The translations under genes and the position numbers were made by a program. DNA of 64,000 nt, from positions 56,420,001-56,484,000 of the forward strand of contig OZ024748.1 of assembly GCA_964016885.1 (NCBI GenBank). The letters run 5' to 3'. This document shows, in pieces, positions 57,731-64,000 of the stretch. The notes below the pieces were generated by a model. The model worked only from the letters and a program-made list of their open reading frames with translations. It did no database searches and was not told the origin of the DNA. This stretch comes from Eledone cirrhosa. Taxonomy: Eukaryota. The first letter of the stretch is position 1. Each line of letters opens with the position of its first letter.

Positions 57731-57999
57731 ATATATATATGGTATCTATTTTTGAAGTTCTAGTTAACATTATTTAGTTACCTACCTAGCTATGTGTGCT
57801 TACACACTTGTAAAATTTATCCCCTGTGATTGTTTCATATGTTTATTTATATGTTAATCAATTTCTAGTTGTTATAAAATGCTCGGACCTATTCATTAGA
57901 ATCTTGGAGCTTATTTTACGGGTGATATGGCGCATGCCTTTCTGGCATGACACCCATAATTTTGATTTACATTAAATTCACTTTGATTTATCTTAATTT

Positions 58000-58040
<41 letters not shown>

Positions 58041-58802
58041 TTCAATGTATGGTAATGTATATCAAAATATGCATGTATTTATGATATATATGTACGCAAG
58101 TATATATGTATGTATGTATATATGTATCTATGTATATACGCTTGTACATATGTATATTTGTTTCTCTTTCTCTTAATTTCAAGTACATTTTTGAGCGGCC
58201 CCCTACCTGGTGGCAAGGTTGTATAAGAAAGTTATCTTCTCGGCAACTCCATTCAAATTATACTGCTCGATCCGAATCAACCGTAAATTGTTCAAAGACA
58301 CTCAACGGTGTCGAACACGCAAACTTACTATTGCAAAGAAATTATCCTAGGCAGTCAGCCATATATGCATGAATTGTATGCAAAACCTCATACATAGTTA
58401 CATCTCTACTCAGAAACCCACATGATTAGAAAACAATAAAAACACACATTCACTCACACTATATTTATAATCATATTTAAACAAATAAACATACATTGCA
58501 TACATGCGTACACACACACATATATATATATATATATAAATATATATATATATGTTCACGGATAACGAAAGTAACATATATTTATATATTAATACACATA
58601 TGCATGCATGCATATATTCATAAATGTGAAGAAGATTTGTCGATATAATATATACTTTATTTAGGTATATGTCAACGTGAAGTATCTCTGAGCATTCTAC
58701 ATGTTGTCAGCTATAGGTACACAGGAAAAATTCACATATAAGTATGAGACCATATTATGTTGCATAATAATATACACCTACTGCACATATATACACATAC
58801 AT

Positions 58803-58843
<41 letters not shown>

Positions 58844-58913
58844 TATATGTATATATATAGATATATGTATATATATAGATATATAGATATATATGTATAT
58901 ATGTATATATATG

Positions 58914-58998
<85 letters not shown>

Positions 58999-59563
58999 AT
59001 ATATATATGAGTCTCTATATGTAAACAAATAGATATATGTATATATGTATGTATATATATATAAGTCTATATATGTAAACATATATATATATATTTATAT
59101 ATATATATATATATAAGTCTATATATGTAAACATATATATATATATTTATATATATATATATATATATACATATATTTGTGCTTGCGTGTTTGTGTGAAC
59201 ACATCTATATGCATATATACACAAATACATTCAGAATTCATATCATATATAGTAAAAAAAATATATATATACGCACTCGTATACACAGATTCAAAAGTCT
59301 ATTTCATTTTAAGATTCCAGAAATACTTCAAAAATCTGAGAAGAAATCTTGTTGATTTGAAGTAAACCATTTTATATCTATATATATATTTCTCTATATA
59401 TTTATTTCTATATATTTTCTCTTGATATATCCTATTTTATTCAAATTCATCTTTGCCTCCATCTCTTCTTTTTCTGCTTACTTAACTACTTATTGTAGGA
59501 TTAATTCTACAGTGTTTCAATAACGTGTACTTGATGAAACGTAGTCTACTATATTTGAAAAAT

Positions 59564-59632
<69 letters not shown>

Positions 59633-59688
59633 GCTCAAATATTATAACAATACATGTATGTATGTTTGAATATATGTATGTATCTAGC

Positions 59689-59809
<121 letters not shown>

Positions 59810-59831
59810 GACCCTCCCAAAGTATAACAAT

Positions 59832-59868
<37 letters not shown>

Positions 59869-59985
59869 CATTATATATATATATATATATACACACACAC
59901 ATGTATATATATATATATATATACACACACACATGTATATATATATATATATATACACACACACATGTATATATATATATATATA

Positions 59986-60177
59986 GGAACGAGTAGGACC
60001 CTGACGGCTGAGCTCAAGCCGTTTCGACGGCTAATCCTGGACAGAATTAGCCGTCGAAACGGCTTGAGCTCAGCCGTCGGCGCCCTACTCGTTCCTATTA
60101 CCCACTCTACTACCCTAAGTATTGAGTACTTTGGTGCGTTATGGTCCACCTGGTTCCTTACCACATTTCCTTCGTTA
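59986..60177 (+). mobile_element. Family B hairpin island (copy 4)
   Basis: Arms about 59984-60036 / 60043-60098, GAAAC GGCT tgagctc AGCC GTC, then a tail to (TA)n. Confidence 0.82.
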
Positions 60178-60200
60178 TATATATATATATATATATATAT

Positions 60201-60273
<73 letters not shown>

Positions 60274-60343
60274 GATTCTGGTGAAGAAAATTGTGTTGGC
60301 GTTGATGTTAATGGGGATGATGGTACAGGTGTTGGAGTTGATA

Positions 60344-60377
<34 letters not shown>

Positions 60378-61079
60378 CGGTGCTGTGGCTGATGTTGAAG
60401 ATGATGGTGATATTGGTGTTGATCGTGGTGATGATGGTCGTGCTGATGATGATGACGCTGTTGGTGAAGATAACGAACCATATATGTCCAGGTATCTGCT
60501 CATATTGATGATGGTGATAATGGCAGTTGAGACGACGACAATGACTGCAGCCATGATGGTGTTATTGCGAATGATGTTGAAAAGGGAGATGGCGATGTTG
60601 TTGTTGATGAATATAACCATAATGATGACGATGCTTATGGCGACGACGGGGATGATAAACACGTTACTGATGACGGTTATGATGAAGTTGTCTATTGGTT
60701 TATTTTATTTTTAATCTCTTTCTCACTTGGTTCTATGGAAATGTTAATATTTCAAAAAACGTTATTTTCTTTCACATTGATATAGTATATAGTATTGTTG
60801 TTGTTGTTATTATTGTTGTTGAGATGTTGTGGATGATGGTGTGGATGATGGTGTGGTTTCAGTGACATTAGTGGCAGCAATGGGGAGGGTTAGGCTCTGT
60901 TTGTCGTATAATTCCAGCGTTACTTTGAAACATTTCATTGCTTTGTGTATTACATACATGGTCATATACATAATACATACATATATATATATATATATAC
61001 ATGTATAAATACATACATACATATATGTATACATGCAGACAGATATTCATAAACAAACGGGCATACGCGCGCGCACTCA

Positions 61080-61161
<82 letters not shown>

Positions 61162-61490
61162 GCTAACAAGAGAGAGAGATTGAAATACGTGTATACATGA
61201 GAGTAATATAATAATTTCTTTATCAAATATGTATCTAAATACATACAAATAATCATACATGGTACATACGCAATCATATAATCACTCTTATTCACAAAAA
61301 CGCACTACTATTTATACCCACAAACAGAAGCACATGCGCATATATAAATATAGAATTGTTAACTATTCCTGTAGATAGATAAATAATAAATATATATACA
61401 CACTTATATGCATACATTCGTGCGTATTTTTATATCTACATGGCCATGTATCTCTCTCTCTCTCTATATATATATATACGCATATATATA

Positions 61491-61532
<42 letters not shown>

Positions 61533-61982
61533 CTTTCATACCTTCACACTTACATACATATATACATACATGCATTAATACGTTTATACATTACAGTGAA
61601 CCAATATTTACTTGCGTAGACAAACAACTAATGAACATTTCCTTACATTTAAATACATACTTCAAAAAGCCAGAAATTTATAGTTACATGTTTAGAAGCG
61701 TGTGGATGTATTTGTGTTTATGTATTCAGTTATGCATGTACTAAAAAACAAAAACGTTTGAATGGTGAATTTGTTATTTATTTACTGAGATGGAAGCTAG
61801 AATGATAGTACTTTCACTGTAAACTTACTTCTGATTCGATAAAAGTCAACTAAAACTGAATTTAATACGAGTAAACAAAGCAAATAGAAAAACAAAATAT
61901 TTTGATCGAATTACGATTATACTTTAACTCTTTGATGTTACACTCTCTTTTCATTCGATGCATACGCAAACACACACACACA

Positions 61983-62032
<50 letters not shown>

Positions 62033-62117
62033 CAAGTACGTGCGTCACTTCCTGGGCCTATATGGAGAGTAGGTTTCTACGTATCTTCCTATCGATCTGT
62101 CTATCCACTCTGTATAC

Positions 62118-62200
<83 letters not shown>

Positions 62201-62628
62201 GAGAGATTCTTGAATATGTATCCAACCTCCCTGTGTACATGTTACTTTCAAACTTTAGCTGAATGAGCACTCAGTACGTGGGAGTAGAATTAAGGAAACA
62301 ATTTCCGAAGAGAAGCTGATAGTTACTGTGTAGTTTCAGCTCAAGTCATTTCTCGTCTAAAATAGAAAAATTAATTCTGGGTTTAATTATATCTCATTAC
62401 GTCCGAAATATAACCACCCAGAAGTCAACATTTGTCCAAGATTCGGCCATGATATAATATACATTTTCGACATGATGTTAGTAAGTCGATTTGTCTGTCG
62501 ATATTTCTCTCCACAAAGTTTAGGTTGTGTAACTATGGTGTTGGCCTGAAACGTTCATTGGTTCACGCTACCTATGAATAAGTGAGGCTAGAACTATGAA
62601 ATGTTGCATGCATTATTTACAACTCTTA

Positions 62629-62780
62629 GGGTGGTTGATTGGCAGTATCCCATCGAGGTTAACTTTGCATTTCCTCCTTACAGGGTCGATAAAACAAAGC
62701 ACCAGTAACGTAAAGGGGTAGATTTGCTCGACTTTCCCCTACCCTAAATTACTGGCCTTGTGCCTATACTAGAAATCATT
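62629..62780 (+). mobile_element. Internally deleted SINE (family 1)
   Basis: The head is joined directly to the core and tail. Confidence 0.8.
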
Positions 62781-64000
62781 ATTTATAATTCTTCTTATTA
62801 ATAACTCCATTGTTTCTTTCCGGTGACTGTGTTGAAAATTAAAGCTCATTTGGTCATACCATTTTCGGTTAGCCGATGGTCTTATCCGCCGACACTCCTA
62901 TATTAAGAGATCTTTCTCTCATTAGACTTAATTCTCTTCTATGCTTTCATCTATTTAATTTGCGGCTGTTGATTTTATCAACAAGCTTTCTGAACTAGAA
63001 AATATTATAATGAAATTATTTCCTTTCGTGTATTTTTCTATACTGCATACAAATTTCATTGAGGTTAGCTACACATTTCATTCACGACAGGCTGAAATTA
63101 AATCTACAATTTTGACCAACCCTGTGGTCAAATTAACAAGAACGTTCTTTCAAATGAAACATAATATTTTACAAAAAAGTTTATATTAGATAATTGAATA
63201 CGTTAAACACAATACTAACGAAGTTATTAAGAATGATGTTCTTCAACACTCACCAAAGGTTGTTATTCTCATACCGATGGCATAACCCGCATTCTTACAG
63301 TGGTTTAAATTCCGCTAACGGACTTCAATAACCAGTGCAGTAATATTATTTAGATTCAAAATTAAACTATAGTGAATAAAATAGAAATGTAATAAGAGTG
63401 TTACTAAACATAAGCAGTGAATGAAGGTTTCATAGGTAAATTAAATATTTGCAATGACCCTAGCGTACACAGTGTCTCACTTCGTATACTATATACACAC
63501 AAATAGACAGTATATTTTTTAGATTTTATCAGTGAATTCCTAAATGTTCACAAAATCGCTGAATAATAAATTAAATTTTGTTTGATTTTGTTCTGTATTT
63601 TTCATAAAAGAATATAAAATAAATTAAATCTGTTTTAATTATAAATCAATTTACAGTTGCCATTGCAAATTTATGTAGTTATATCCGCATAAAATTTAAA
63701 ATGACCCGTTTATTCACCATGTTAAACAACACACACTGTCATTATATTAAAATAAACAACACCAAAAAACCAGTGAAATAGAACCCTCCCATTTCCATCT
63801 AAAACTGAACCCAACTCAACAGAAGTTAATCTTAACCTCCGGGACAGAACTATTTATTTTAAAATAACGAATAAATAACTAAATAAATATATAAATATAT
63901 GAATAAAACGATAAACAATTATTAACAAAGGGGCCTTTAAACGATAATTGTATATGCTAAAACCCGATATGATTTACAAGACAAAACGAGAATATTGGTG

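Overview
AT-rich, non-coding animal DNA dominated by microsatellites ((TA)n, (CA)n, (GA)n, ATG/AAG/TAG triplets). The repeat repertoire looks like cephalopod (Octopus-like) intronic or intergenic sequence; that assignment is an inference. No intact protein-coding gene can be supported, and nearly all ORFs in the track are microsatellite translations. Recognisable content: about 15 copies of a tRNA-derived SINE, a second SINE family, RTE and R4/Dong-type LINE remnants, a Penelope-like GIY-YIG remnant, mariner remnants and MITEs, and two or three non-autonomous Helitrons. The most striking signal is a set of short sequence islands sitting inside (TA)n tracts. They belong to several mutually dissimilar families but share an architecture: an asymmetric inverted repeat, a type I hammerhead ribozyme (CUGANGA...GAAA with a short or palindromic helix III), and often a conserved downstream stem, YRCTC-loop-YYGAGTRC. 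They are best read as non-autonomous or truncated Penelope-like pLTR elements that target TA repeats. All folds were done by eye and coordinates are approximate to a few bases.
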